A DNA stretch of 64,000 nucleotides from an uncultured Clostridia bacterium (lineage in GTDB: Bacteria; Bacillota; Clostridia; TANB77; CAG-508): positions 23,524-87,523 of the forward strand of contig CAKOXV010000001.1 in NCBI GenBank assembly GCA_934130355.1, read 5' to 3'. Position numbers and translations under genes: made by a program. The notes below the pieces were generated by a model that saw nothing but the letters and a program-made list of their open reading frames with translations, was not told the DNA's origin and did no database searches. This document shows, in pieces, positions 10,888 through 22,119 of this stretch. Position 1 is the stretch's first letter. Every line of letters starts with the position of its first letter.

Positions 10888-12054
10888 TTATCCAAAAATC
10901 CCTTTTTTCTTAATTGGTGGTTGCTCATTCATAGTTATAGCCAATTTTTCCATTAGTTCTCTTTGTTCTTTATTAAGTCTTTTTGGAGTTTGAACTGTAA
11001 CCACAAACACAAAATTTCCTCTTATAGAAGAATTTATAGATGTAAATCCTCTTTCTCTAATTGTAAACTTTGTGCCTGTTTGAGTTCCATCTGGAATTGT
11101 AAATTTTTCCACACTTCCATCAACCATTGGAATTTTTAATTCTGCTCCTAGTGTTGCTTGTGTTATAGTTATTGGTACTTCACAAAATACAGTTGTTCCT
11201 TGTCTTGTAAACACATTACTCTTACGGACTTTTACTGTTATGTATAAATCTCCTTTAGGTCCGCCTTTTTCACCAGGTTCTCCTTCTCCTCTTAATACTA
11301 CAGTTTGACTATCATCTATTCCTGCTGGAATTTTTACTTTTAATCTAGCTTGTTTTCTTACTGTTCCTTTTCCTTTACAGTTTTCACAAGGCTCTTTTAT
11401 AATTTCACCAGTTCCATGACATGCTGTACACGTTCTTGTTGTTTGCATTTGTCCAAGTATTGTGCTTTGAACTTGTTTTACTGTTCCTGTTCCATTACAT
11501 GTAGGACATTTTGTCACTGATGTTCCTGGTCTTGCTCCAGATCCATGACATACTGAACAAGTATCAGGTCTTGTTATTGAAATTTCTTTTTCAACACCTA
11601 AAAAAGCTTCTTCAAAAGTAATCTCTAGGTTTAAATTTAAATCTGCACCTTTACGAGGTCCTCTTGCTTGTCTTGCTCCACTTGTTCTAGCTCCTCCACC
11701 AAAAAATGATGAAAATATATCTCCTAAATCTCCAAAATCTGAAAATCCGTCAAATCCTGATGAAGTATAAGAATAATATCCATTTCCAAAACCACCAGCA
11801 TTTCCTCCGAAACCACCAAATCCTTGTGGATCTGTTGTTCCAAACTGATCATACATTTTTCTTTTTTGTGGATCTGATAATGCTTCATAAGCTTCATTTA
11901 CTTCTTTAAATTTTTCTTCCGCTTCTGCTTTATTATCTGGGTTAGCATCTGGATGGTACTTTTTAGCAAGTCTTCTATATGCTTTTTTTAGTTCCTCATC
12001 TGTTGCTGTTTTAGAGACTCCTAATATTTCATAGTAATCTTTTTTTGCTGCCAT
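10888..12054 (-). CDS. dnaJ: Molecular chaperone DnaJ
   Basis: J domain ([21 protein letters not shown]), G/F-rich linker and four CxxCxGxG zinc motifs. Confidence 0.97.
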   Translation of the reverse strand: MAAKKDYYEILGVSKTATDEELKKAYRRLAKKYHPDANPDNKAEAEEKFKEVNEAYEALSDPQKRKMYDQFGTTDPQGFGGFGGNAGGFGNGYYSYTSSGFDGFSDFGDLGDIFSSFFGGGARTSGARQARGPRKGADLNLNLEITFEEAFLGVEKEISITRPDTCSVCHGSGARPGTSVTKCPTCNGTGTVKQVQSTILGQMQTTRTCTACHGTGEIIKEPCENCKGKGTVRKQARLKVKIPAGIDDSQTVVLRGEGEPGEKGGPKGDLYITVKVRKSNVFTRQGTTVFCEVPITITQATLGAELKIPMVDGSVEKFTIPDGTQTGTKFTIRERGFTSINSSIRGNFVFVVTVQTPKRLNKEQRELMEKLAITMNEQPPIKKKGIFG

Positions 12055-12126
12055 CTTTTTTCACCTCTCTATTTCATAACATTAACGTACAGGCAGGTAA
12101 TTTTCGCCTGCCTGCATTTTAGTTAA

Positions 12127-13989
<1,863 letters not shown>

Positions 13990-14059
13990 TTACTTCCTTT
14001 CTTTTATTTGTCAGTATAAACTGACCTTATATATAATTTTAAAATTAATAACTATTTAT

Positions 14060-14614
14060 TTAGTTGGCTACAACAACCATTGAATGTCTTATAACCTTAT
14101 GTCCTATTTTGTAACCTTTTCTATATTCTTGTACAATTTCTTGAGTATTTTTCTCTGGATCTTGCACACTGCTCACAGCTTCGTGTAAAGCTGGATCAAA
14201 AGTTTCTCCTACTGCTGGAATTTCTTCAACTCCTTTTGATTTTAAAAGAGTTTGAATTTGTTTTAATACAAGTTCTATACCTTTTTTGTATTCTACATCT
14301 TGTGTATTTGCTTTTAATGCATTTTCTAAATTGTCTACAATTGGTAAAAATGATTCAACAACATCTGCTAATATTGAATTATATAATGTTTCTCTTTCTT
14401 TACCACTTCTTTTTTTGTAGTTTTCAAATTCTGCTAAAACTCTTTTATATCTATCATTTAATTCATCAAGTTCTTGTTGTTTCGGATCTATTATACAATC
14501 TTGTTTCTCTTCTTGCTTTTGTTCCTCTACTCTTTCTTCTTGTTCTTCAATTTTTCCATCATCTTTCATATTTGCTTTCCCTTCTTTCCTATTTATCTTC
14601 TTCATTGTTTCCAT
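14060..14614 (-). CDS. grpE: Nucleotide exchange factor GrpE. The start is uncertain; an internal Met at 14569 is possible.
   Basis: Position between hrcA and dnaK, acidic coiled-coil N-terminus, and C-terminal FDPALHEAV...GYKIGHKVIRHSMVVV. Confidence 0.9.
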   Translation of the reverse strand: METMKKINRKEGKANMKDDGKIEEQEERVEEQKQEEKQDCIIDPKQQELDELNDRYKRVLAEFENYKKRSGKERETLYNSILADVVESFLPIVDNLENALKANTQDVEYKKGIELVLKQIQTLLKSKGVEEIPAVGETFDPALHEAVSSVQDPEKNTQEIVQEYRKGYKIGHKVIRHSMVVVAN

Positions 14615-15605
14615 TTAATTTTTTGCTAATGTATTTCATAACAGAAATTACTTTTGCATAGTCCATTCTTTTAGGCCCTATTATTCCAATTGTTCCCATA
14701 TCTTTATTTCCTATTCTATGTCTGAATGTTACTACGCTAAAATCTTTTAATTCTTCTTTTTCGTTTTCTTCTCCTATATATACATTTATGTCTTTTGCAA
14801 GTCCTGTATTAAGCATATCTGCCATTAAATCTTTTTCGTCTAATATGTTTACAAAGTTTTTAGCAACTTCCAAACTATTAAATTCAGGTAACTCAAATAA
14901 TTGACCAGCGCCTTCTAGGTGTATGCTTTCTTCTTCAACTATCTTTTTCATCTGCTCAATAATTGGCTTGATTAATTTGACACTATAACTCATTTCTTCA
15001 ACCAAGTATTTTTCCAAAGGTTTATCTATTTTGGTTACTGGCTCACCTTTTAATTTATTGTTAAACATATAGCTTAATGTTTGTACTTGATTTTCTGTAA
15101 TGTCTTCATCAAACTTAATTATTGTTTCTTTTACTAATCCTGCATCTGTTAGCACTACAGCCATCATCATTCTAGAGCTTAATAATACAAATTTAATGTT
15201 TTCAATCTTTTGGACATTTGAATTTGGTCCTATTGAAACAGTTGTATAATGTGTAATTTCTGATATTGTACTTGAAGTGATTTTTGTTAAATCTTCTAAT
15301 TCATTTACTTTAGTTTCAAGCTTATCGCTAATATATTTTATTTCTTCTAATGTTATTTTATCTTCTTGTAATAATTCATCAACATAATATCTATATCCTT
15401 TTGCTGATGGAACTCTTCCTGCTGATGTATGTGGTTTTTCTATATATCCCATCTTTTCAAGTTCTGCCATCTCATTTCTGATTGTTGCACTACTATATTC
15501 CAATCCTTCTAGATTCATAATAGCATTTGAACTTACTGGTTCTGCAGTTTGAATATATATTTCAACAATAGCTTGTAAAACTCTTTTTTTTCTTTCTTCT
15601 AGCAA
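14589..15605 (-). CDS. hrcA: Heat-inducible transcription repressor HrcA
   Basis: 338 aa with a winged-helix N-terminus (EPVSSNAI...SSATIRNEMAELEKMGYIEKPHTSAGRVPS). It is the first gene of the dnaK operon and has CIRCE upstream. Confidence 0.95.
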   Translation of the reverse strand: MLEERKKRVLQAIVEIYIQTAEPVSSNAIMNLEGLEYSSATIRNEMAELEKMGYIEKPHTSAGRVPSAKGYRYYVDELLQEDKITLEEIKYISDKLETKVNELEDLTKITSSTISEITHYTTVSIGPNSNVQKIENIKFVLLSSRMMMAVVLTDAGLVKETIIKFDEDITENQVQTLSYMFNNKLKGEPVTKIDKPLEKYLVEEMSYSVKLIKPIIEQMKKIVEEESIHLEGAGQLFELPEFNSLEVAKNFVNILDEKDLMADMLNTGLAKDINVYIGEENEKEELKDFSVVTFRHRIGNKDMGTIGIIGPKRMDYAKVISVMKYISKKLNGNNEEDK

Positions 15606-15643
15606 TTTCTCTCCTCCTTTTTATTATGTTTCGAAATTGCATT

Positions 15644-15670
15644 TTAGCACTCGTTTTATTTGTTTGCTAA
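15644..15670. promoter_or_regulatory. CIRCE operator (HrcA binding site), second half degenerate
   Basis: TTAGCACTC-gttttattt-GTTTGCTAA compared with consensus TTAGCACTC-N9-GAGTGCTAA. Confidence 0.7.
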
Positions 15671-15695
15671 TTTCTTATATAATATACATTATTTT

Positions 15696-15722
15696 TTAGC
15701 ACTTGTCAAGTCTTTTTGCTAA
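15696..15722. promoter_or_regulatory. Second CIRCE-like operator
   Basis: TTAGCACTT-gtcaagtct-TTTTGCTAA, starting 52 bp upstream of the first CIRCE (start-to-start). Confidence 0.55.
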
Positions 15723-15758
15723 TTTTTTTTATTTTATTTATTACAAATTAAAATATAC

Positions 15759-16097
15759 CCTAATTCAAGTGGTACTCCAGGGGGTCGGGTCCATACATAT
15801 ATATTAAATAATGGAAAATTTTGTGCATCTAAACTTGAGTATAGAAAATCTTAAGTGCCAAAAGAGGAATGTTCACGTCAAAAATTAATATATTACTATT
15901 CCATGGCAAAAACATAGCTAGGGTCTTCGTCGGGGGTCTTTGCCTTATTCCATAGTAATATATTAATTTTTGGACTAAGTGAAAGAGGCGCTTTTGGCAC
16001 TATTAGATTTTATACGAAAGTTTAGCTTGTCCAAAATTTGGAATGTTTTTAATATATATGTATGGACCCGACCCCCTGGAGTACCACTTGAATTAGG
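15759..16097 (+). repeat. Extended-hairpin element, copy 2 (339 bp)
   Basis: The first 50 nt (cctaattcaagtggtactccagggggtcgggtccatacatatatattaaa) are the perfect reverse complement of the last 50 nt. The interior is an imperfect hairpin shared with copies 1 and 3. Confidence 0.95.
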
Positions 16098-16152
16098 ATA
16101 ATTAAGGGAAAAAAAGAAAGAGATTTAAAACTAATCTCTTTCTTGTAAATTT

Positions 16153-16170
16153 AAGGACTGTCCCCAAATT
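16153..16170 (-). repeat. Copy of the short dispersed motif AATTTGGGGAC(A/G)GTCC
   Basis: The + strand reads aaggactgtccccaaatt. It lies between the nrdD stop and its terminator hairpin (aagaaagagatt...aatctctttctt). Confidence 0.7.
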
Positions 16171-16176
16171 TTCATT

Positions 16177-18333
16177 TTATAAATGCAATACTCTTGATTT
16201 TATTTCTTTTGTTTTTCCTACATTCCAGAAATTCTCTCCTAGATATCCACATGTACGACGAACAACATTCATTTTTGAATGATCTTTATTTCCACATTGT
16301 GGGCATTCCCATTCATTATGGTCATTAATTATCATTTCTCCATCATATCCGCAAACTTGGCAATAATCTGATTTTGTATTAAATTCAGCATATTGAATAT
16401 TGTCATAAATAAACTTAACAACTTCTTCAAGTGCTTCTAAGTTATTTTTCATATTTGGAACTTCTACATAAGATATAGCTCCACCCTGAGATAATGCTTG
16501 GAATTCACTTTCAAATTTTAGTTTTGAGAATGCATCAATTTTTTCTCTAACATCAACATGATATGAATTTGTGTAATATCCTTTGTCTGTAATGTCTGGT
16601 ATGCTTCCAAATTTTTCTTTGTCTATACGTGCAAATCTATAGCATAAAGATTCTGCTGGTGTACCATATAATGCAAATCCAATGTTTGTTTCTTTTTTCC
16701 ATTTTTGTACTGCTTCATTTAAATGTTTCATAACTTTTATTGCAAAATCATGTCCTTCTTTTGTTGTATGTGAAACACCTTTCATTATTTTTGTAAGTTC
16801 ATATATTCCTATATATCCTAAAGATATACTTGAATATCCACCATATAAGTATTTATCAATTTTTTCGCCTTTTTTCAAACGTGCTATTGCACCATTTTGC
16901 CAATGTACAGGAGATATATCTGATTTTGTTCCAAGTAATGCATAATGTCTACACATTATTGCCTCTTTGCATAATTCAAGTCTTTCGTCAAATAACTTCC
17001 AGAATTTTTCTTCATCTCCACCTGCTGTTAATCCTATTTGTGGTAAATTTATACTTACAACACCTTGGTTGAATCTTCCTTCAAATTTATAGTTTCCATT
17101 TTCATCTTTCCATGGTGCTAAGAAACTTCTACAACCCATTGGGCTAAATACATTTCCTTCATAGTTTTCTTTCATCTTCTTAGCTGATATGTAGTCTGGA
17201 TACATTCTTTTTGCAGAACATTTTACAGCTAATTTTGTTAAATAATCATATTTTCCGCCTTTTAAACAATTGTGTTCATCTAAAACATATATTAATTTTG
17301 GAAATGCTGGTGTTACATATACTCCAACCTCATTTTTAATTCCTTGAATTCTTTGTTTCAAGATTTCCTCAATTATCATTGCATTTTCTTCAATATATTC
17401 ATCATCTTCTTCTAGATGTAAGAATAATGTTACAAATGGTGATTGTCCATTAGTTGTCATTAATGTGTTTATTTGATATTGAATTGTTTGCACACCTGCT
17501 GAAAGCTCTTCTTTTACTCTATCTTTTACCATGTCTTCAATAACATTTTTAGGTAATTTTCCGCCATATTTTTCTGTTAATTTTTTCTTAAATTTATCAT
17601 GGCTTCTTCTTAAATATTTTCCTAAATGTTTCATGTCAACTGATTGTCCACCATATTGATTACTTGCAACTGCAGCTATTATTTGTGTTGTAACTGTACA
17701 TGCAACTTGGAAACTTTTTGGACTTTCTATCATTTTTCCATTCATTGCTGTTCCATTATCTAACATGTCTCCTATGTTTATTAAACAACAGTTAAATATT
17801 GGTTGAACAAAGTAATCCATATCATGAAAGTGTAGAATTCCTTCTTCATGTGCTTTTGATATTTTTTCAGGTAATAAAAGTCTTTTTGTTAAGTCTCTTG
17901 ATACTTCACCAGCTATGTAATCTCTTTGAGTTGATGCTAATACTGTATTTTTATTTGAATTTTCTTCTGCAAGTTCTTTGTTTTCGTTTCTTATTAGTCC
18001 TAATATTGATTCATCTGTTGTATTTGATTTTCTAACTAGTGCTCTATTATATCTATATACTATATATTTTTTTGCTAATTCATATTTATCAAATTCCATT
18101 AATTTTTCTTCTATAACGTCTTGAATGTCTTCAACTAACATTCTCTTTTTTCCTAGGTCTTCAATATATAAAATTATTTCATTTATTTCTTCTTTTGTAG
18201 CTTTTTCTTTTCCTCTTACTTCTTTATTAGCTTTTTCAATTGCGATTTCAATCTTTTCTCTGTCAAAATCAATAATTCTTCCGTCTCTCTTAATTACCTT
18301 CATCTTACTACCCCTATCCTTTCTTCTGTACAA
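16177..18333 (-). CDS. nrdD: Anaerobic ribonucleoside-triphosphate reductase (class III)
   Basis: 718 aa with an N-terminal ATP-cone, a C-terminal Zn ribbon (CQVCGY...CPQCG) and the glycyl-radical motif RRTCGYLG. Confidence 0.95.
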   Translation of the reverse strand: MYRRKDRGSKMKVIKRDGRIIDFDREKIEIAIEKANKEVRGKEKATKEEINEIILYIEDLGKKRMLVEDIQDVIEEKLMEFDKYELAKKYIVYRYNRALVRKSNTTDESILGLIRNENKELAEENSNKNTVLASTQRDYIAGEVSRDLTKRLLLPEKISKAHEEGILHFHDMDYFVQPIFNCCLINIGDMLDNGTAMNGKMIESPKSFQVACTVTTQIIAAVASNQYGGQSVDMKHLGKYLRRSHDKFKKKLTEKYGGKLPKNVIEDMVKDRVKEELSAGVQTIQYQINTLMTTNGQSPFVTLFLHLEEDDEYIEENAMIIEEILKQRIQGIKNEVGVYVTPAFPKLIYVLDEHNCLKGGKYDYLTKLAVKCSAKRMYPDYISAKKMKENYEGNVFSPMGCRSFLAPWKDENGNYKFEGRFNQGVVSINLPQIGLTAGGDEEKFWKLFDERLELCKEAIMCRHYALLGTKSDISPVHWQNGAIARLKKGEKIDKYLYGGYSSISLGYIGIYELTKIMKGVSHTTKEGHDFAIKVMKHLNEAVQKWKKETNIGFALYGTPAESLCYRFARIDKEKFGSIPDITDKGYYTNSYHVDVREKIDAFSKLKFESEFQALSQGGAISYVEVPNMKNNLEALEEVVKFIYDNIQYAEFNTKSDYCQVCGYDGEMIINDHNEWECPQCGNKDHSKMNVVRRTCGYLGENFWNVGKTKEIKSRVLHL

Positions 18334-18386
18334 ACAATTTTCTTTTGTTTGTATGACTAAATTATATAGTTAATTTTATAAAAAAC

Positions 18387-18402
18387 TGTTGCAAAAGCAA
18401 CA
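18387..18402. promoter_or_regulatory. Perfect 16-bp palindrome TGTTGC-AAAA-GCAACA in the nrdD / crp-family divergent intergenic region; candidate operator
   Basis: Read directly from the sequence. Its position is between divergently transcribed genes, one of which encodes a Crp/Fnr-family regulator. Confidence 0.35.
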
Positions 18403-18509
18403 AAAATGAAATATAATTATTTTACTTTTTCATAATCTTTGGTCACGTAATTATGTCGAATTTTAAAACTTTTGAAAGAGTAGTTTTTGGAAAAATTGGA
18501 GGTATTTTT

Positions 18510-19139
18510 ATGGATACTAATTTTGATAAAAAAATTTTTATAGAAAATTTTAAAAATATTTGCAAAAGAGCTCAGATAAAAAAATTCATTAAAGGTGAGT
18601 CTATTACAACATATATTGAAAAGCGTAATCAACTTTGTATAGTTATTTCTGGCGAAGTCGACTTGATTAGATATGATTTTAATGGTGATAAAACAATTAT
18701 TGGACATTTTGTGGAAAATGATATATTTGGAGAAGTTTTTTATCCCGCAAATACTAATAATGAACTTTTTGTTGTTGCCCGAAAAAATTCTGAAATATTA
18801 TTTTACAATTATGATTCTATATCTACTAAATGTAGGCGTAATTGTGAATTTCATAAAGAACTTACAGATAGTTTATCACAATTATTTTTAGACCAAATCA
18901 TTTCACTTAATTTACGTATTGAACTTTTAACTAAGAAAAACACACGTGGTAAAATTCTTTCTTATTTTCAGATACTTTCAAAAAAATCTTTAAGAAGAAC
19001 CTTTACTTTACCATATTCATATACTGACTTAGCAGATTTTCTTAGTGTTGATAGAAGTGCAATGATGAGAGAGTTAAAAGAACTAATTGATGGTGGTTTT
19101 ATCAAGAAAAATGGAAATAAAATTACTTTATTATATTAA
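18510..19139 (+). CDS. Crp/Fnr-family transcriptional regulator
   Basis: cNMP-binding-like N-terminus and a C-terminal HTH (YTDLADFLSVDRSAMMRELKELIDGGFI). The start was moved to the ATG at 18510, which is preceded by GGAGG. Confidence 0.8.
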   Translation: MDTNFDKKIFIENFKNICKRAQIKKFIKGESITTYIEKRNQLCIVISGEVDLIRYDFNGDKTIIGHFVENDIFGEVFYPANTNNELFVVARKNSEILFYNYDSISTKCRRNCEFHKELTDSLSQLFLDQIISLNLRIELLTKKNTRGKILSYFQILSKKSLRRTFTLPYSYTDLADFLSVDRSAMMRELKELIDGGFIKKNGNKITLLY

Positions 19140-19207
19140 AAATATTTTTTAGAATTATATTTATATAATTGCATATAATTATAGCAAAATGTAAAATCGG
19201 AGGGCTT

Positions 19208-20431
19208 ATGAAAAAACTTTTTATTTCAATTATATTAATATTAATTTTAGGTACATCAACATGTTATTCATTTTCAAATAATTACACTTGGTCTGTTATA
19301 GATAACTCTATTGAAACTTCAGCCGCTCTTACACAGTCTCAAGAAATTTTAGATAACAATTTTTTAAATTTAGATGCAGGTTCCGCAATTCTAATAGAAC
19401 AAAATAGTGGTCAAATATTATATGGTTATAATATTCACGAAAAATTACATCCTGCAAGTGTAACAAAAATTATGAGTCTTCTATTAATTATGGAAGCTTT
19501 AGATAGTGGAAAGATAACATTAGAAACTCGAATACCTTGTAGTAGTAATGCAGCTAGTATGGGAGGTTCCCAAATTTGGTTAGATACAACTGAAACTCTA
19601 ACTGTACATGAAATGTTAAAAGCTATTGCTGTTGTCTCTGCAAATGATTGTGTTGTAGCAATGGCTGAATATCTTGGTGGAACAGAAGATGGTTTTGTCC
19701 AAATGATGAATTCTAGAGCAAAAGAATTAGGTATGAATGACACAACATTTAAAAATTGTCATGGTCTTGATGAAGATAGCCATTTAACATCTAGCTATGA
19801 TATTGCATTAATGTCTAGAGAACTATTAGTAAATCATCCTAAAATAACAGAATATTCAACTATTTGGATGGATACTTTAAGAGACGGGAAATCTGCCTTA
19901 TCTAATACTAACAAATTAGTTAGAAATTATTCAGGTTGTACAGGACTAAAAACTGGTTCTACATCTCTTGCATTATTTAACTTGTCTGCATCTGCAACTC
20001 GTGATGGTTTATCTTTAATTGCTGTTGTCATGAAAGCTCCTACCTCTGCACTACGTTTTAGTAATGCAACTAGCCTTTTAGATTATGGTTTTAATAATTA
20101 TTCTTATAAAACCTTTGGAAAACAAGGTGAAGTTATAAAATCTGTTAATGTTTCAAAAGGTATTTCTGAAAAAGTTAATGCAATTTATGAAACTTCTCCT
20201 TCTTTTCTTATAAAAAAAGGCGAAGAATCTTCAATTACTTATGAAATAAGTTTAAATGACAACATCCAAGCTCCTGTCACTGAAGGGCAACTTCTTGGAA
20301 CCATAAAATATTCTTTAAATGGTTCTGAACTTGGAACAGTCAATTTAGTTGCTGAAACTTCTGTTGCAAAAATAGGTTTACTAACTATGGTTAAAAATAT
20401 TTTTAGCAATTGGTTTAATTTATTAAGATAA
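19208..20431 (+). CDS. Serine-type D-alanyl-D-alanine carboxypeptidase (PBP5/DacB/DacF-like)
   Basis: Signal peptide MKKLFISIILILILG. Motifs SVTK (SxxK), SAN (SxN) and KTGST (KTG), plus a C-terminal PBP5_C-like domain. RBS GGAGGG lies before the ATG at 19208. Confidence 0.9.
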   Translation: MKKLFISIILILILGTSTCYSFSNNYTWSVIDNSIETSAALTQSQEILDNNFLNLDAGSAILIEQNSGQILYGYNIHEKLHPASVTKIMSLLLIMEALDSGKITLETRIPCSSNAASMGGSQIWLDTTETLTVHEMLKAIAVVSANDCVVAMAEYLGGTEDGFVQMMNSRAKELGMNDTTFKNCHGLDEDSHLTSSYDIALMSRELLVNHPKITEYSTIWMDTLRDGKSALSNTNKLVRNYSGCTGLKTGSTSLALFNLSASATRDGLSLIAVVMKAPTSALRFSNATSLLDYGFNNYSYKTFGKQGEVIKSVNVSKGISEKVNAIYETSPSFLIKKGEESSITYEISLNDNIQAPVTEGQLLGTIKYSLNGSELGTVNLVAETSVAKIGLLTMVKNIFSNWFNLLR

Positions 20432-20442
20432 TATTATGAAAA

Positions 20443-20473
20443 GCCACCAATGAGAATACTCAATGGTGGCTTT
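20443..20473. terminator. Hairpin terminator between convergent dac-like and flotillin genes
   Basis: gccacca...tggtggc stem followed by ttt. Confidence 0.6.
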
Positions 20474-20541
20474 AGAAATTGACATTTGTAATAAGTAGTT
20501 TGTTAAAGAGTTTTATTCTAAGCAATCATATTAATACATTT

Positions 20542-22119
20542 TTACTCAGTTTCATCCTTTTTTCCAAGATTACTCAATCCTGCTCCAATAGCCTTAGACA
20601 TATCTGCAACATCTTCAGTAAGATTACGTCCATTAAGTGCTTGGTTTTCAGCATTGAGAATCTTCAGAAGTCCCGGGAGCTGAGAAAGTGTATCTATTAG
20701 GACATTACCTGTCCCTCCTGCACTGCCAAGCCCTTGAACACTTCCTCCACCAATATTGATGAATTCAGCATTCTGACCAATATTGGCCATAACTTCGGCT
20801 TGTGCTGTTGCAATTTTAATTTGTGCCTCTGTCTGAATTTTAAGCTTCTCAATTTCAAAGTTAACCTTATCATTAGAAGCTCTTGCGTCAGCAAGGGCTT
20901 TTTCACCTTCTGCTTGTGCTATCATTGCAGCTTTAATGCCTTCTGCTTCGGCAAGCTTTTTGGCTTTTATGCCTTCAGCCTCTGCTTCTGCTTTTGCCTT
21001 TGTCACATCAGCTTCTGCTTGGCCTTCTATCCGAATCTTTTCGGCTCCTGCTTCTGCCGACTTTTTCATTGCTTCGGCATCACTCTCTGCAACTTTAACA
21101 CGAGTTTGAGCTTGAATATTTTCTACATTTGCTGTTGACTCAGCATCGATACGCTTTGTCTCTTTTTCTGTTTCTGCCCTTGTAATTGCAACTTCTCGCT
21201 CTTTTTGAGCAGCCAAATTTGCTTGTTCCTGTTTGACAATCTCAACAGCACCTTTGCGTTCCTCAACTTCTTTCTGCCTAATTGTTGTCTGAAGTTCTTT
21301 TGCAACTTCAGCATTAGCCTTGGCAGTATCAGTTTCAACTTGGTTCTGTGCTATTCTAAGATCAGTTTCTTTCCTCTTATCGTTTTGGACCTGTTCAGCA
21401 TCCATTTGAGCAATACTAGATTCTTGTTTAGCTTTTGCTTCAGCAATTTCAGCCTCCTTCATTGCTTCAGCTTGCTTTTGACGAGTAGCTCTATCAACCT
21501 CAGCCTTCTTGATATCTGCTGCTTGCTGCTTGTCTGCAGAGTCAAGAGCAGCGATATTCTCAAAGTATTTCTTACTATCAGTTACATCCTGAATATTAAG
21601 AGATACAAGCTCAAGACCCATATTAGCCATCTCGTCTGCAACACTCTCTTGTACTGCTACTTTGAATGTTTCCTTGTCTTTAAGGATTTGCTCAGGTGTC
21701 ATAGATGCAACCACATCACGAACTGCACCCATTAAGGTAAGTTTGACATCTTGTTTAATGCCATCATTACCTCTTTCCTTAAAGGAAATAATTGCTATCT
21801 TGAGCTTCTCAGGGTCTTTTACATCAGGCCGGATTTGAGCAGTCCAGTCAGCAATGATAGGAACAGCTGTGCTTGTCATGATCTCATCCTTATCTGCCGA
21901 AACAGTAAGCATACAAAGATCAAATGTGCTTGCTTTTCTGATAATAGGGATTACAAATGCACCACCAGAAACAATAATTTTGGGTTTCTTACCACCTGTG
22001 ATGATAAGAGCTTTGTCAATATCTGCAACCTTGTACATTGATTTCGCAATGATAACCAAGACTGCAAGAACAGCAATAACTCCACCAATAGGAATCAAAA
22101 CAGAAAAAATGTCATTCAT
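20542..22119 (-). CDS. Flotillin (SPFH/Band-7 family, FloT/YuaG-like)
   Basis: N-terminal TM, an SPFH domain, and a long Ala/Glu/Lys-rich coiled coil (AEAEAEGIKAKKLAEAEGIKAAM). The start was moved to the ATG at 22119 (MNDIFSVLIPIGG), which is preceded by AAGGAG. Confidence 0.85.
   Translation of the reverse strand: MNDIFSVLIPIGGVIAVLAVLVIIAKSMYKVADIDKALIITGGKKPKIIVSGGAFVIPIIRKASTFDLCMLTVSADKDEIMTSTAVPIIADWTAQIRPDVKDPEKLKIAIISFKERGNDGIKQDVKLTLMGAVRDVVASMTPEQILKDKETFKVAVQESVADEMANMGLELVSLNIQDVTDSKKYFENIAALDSADKQQAADIKKAEVDRATRQKQAEAMKEAEIAEAKAKQESSIAQMDAEQVQNDKRKETDLRIAQNQVETDTAKANAEVAKELQTTIRQKEVEERKGAVEIVKQEQANLAAQKEREVAITRAETEKETKRIDAESTANVENIQAQTRVKVAESDAEAMKKSAEAGAEKIRIEGQAEADVTKAKAEAEAEGIKAKKLAEAEGIKAAMIAQAEGEKALADARASNDKVNFEIEKLKIQTEAQIKIATAQAEVMANIGQNAEFINIGGGSVQGLGSAGGTGNVLIDTLSQLPGLLKILNAENQALNGRNLTEDVADMSKAIGAGLSNLGKKDETE

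Noticed and set aside
15803-15880. Short ORF inside the hairpin elements (MENFVHLNLSIENLKCQKRNVHVKN; 25 aa in copies 1 and 2, 48 aa in copy 3)
   Set aside because: There is no Shine-Dalgarno sequence. The frame and length are not conserved in copy 3 because of an indel. The apparently synonymous changes are matched by compensatory changes on the opposite arm, so RNA or DNA structure explains them better than coding.
18417-18707. 96-aa minus-strand ORF opposite the Crp/Fnr gene
   Set aside because: It is antisense to a well-supported regulator gene. It is an AT-rich, low-complexity translation (Asn/Phe/Ile/Lys).
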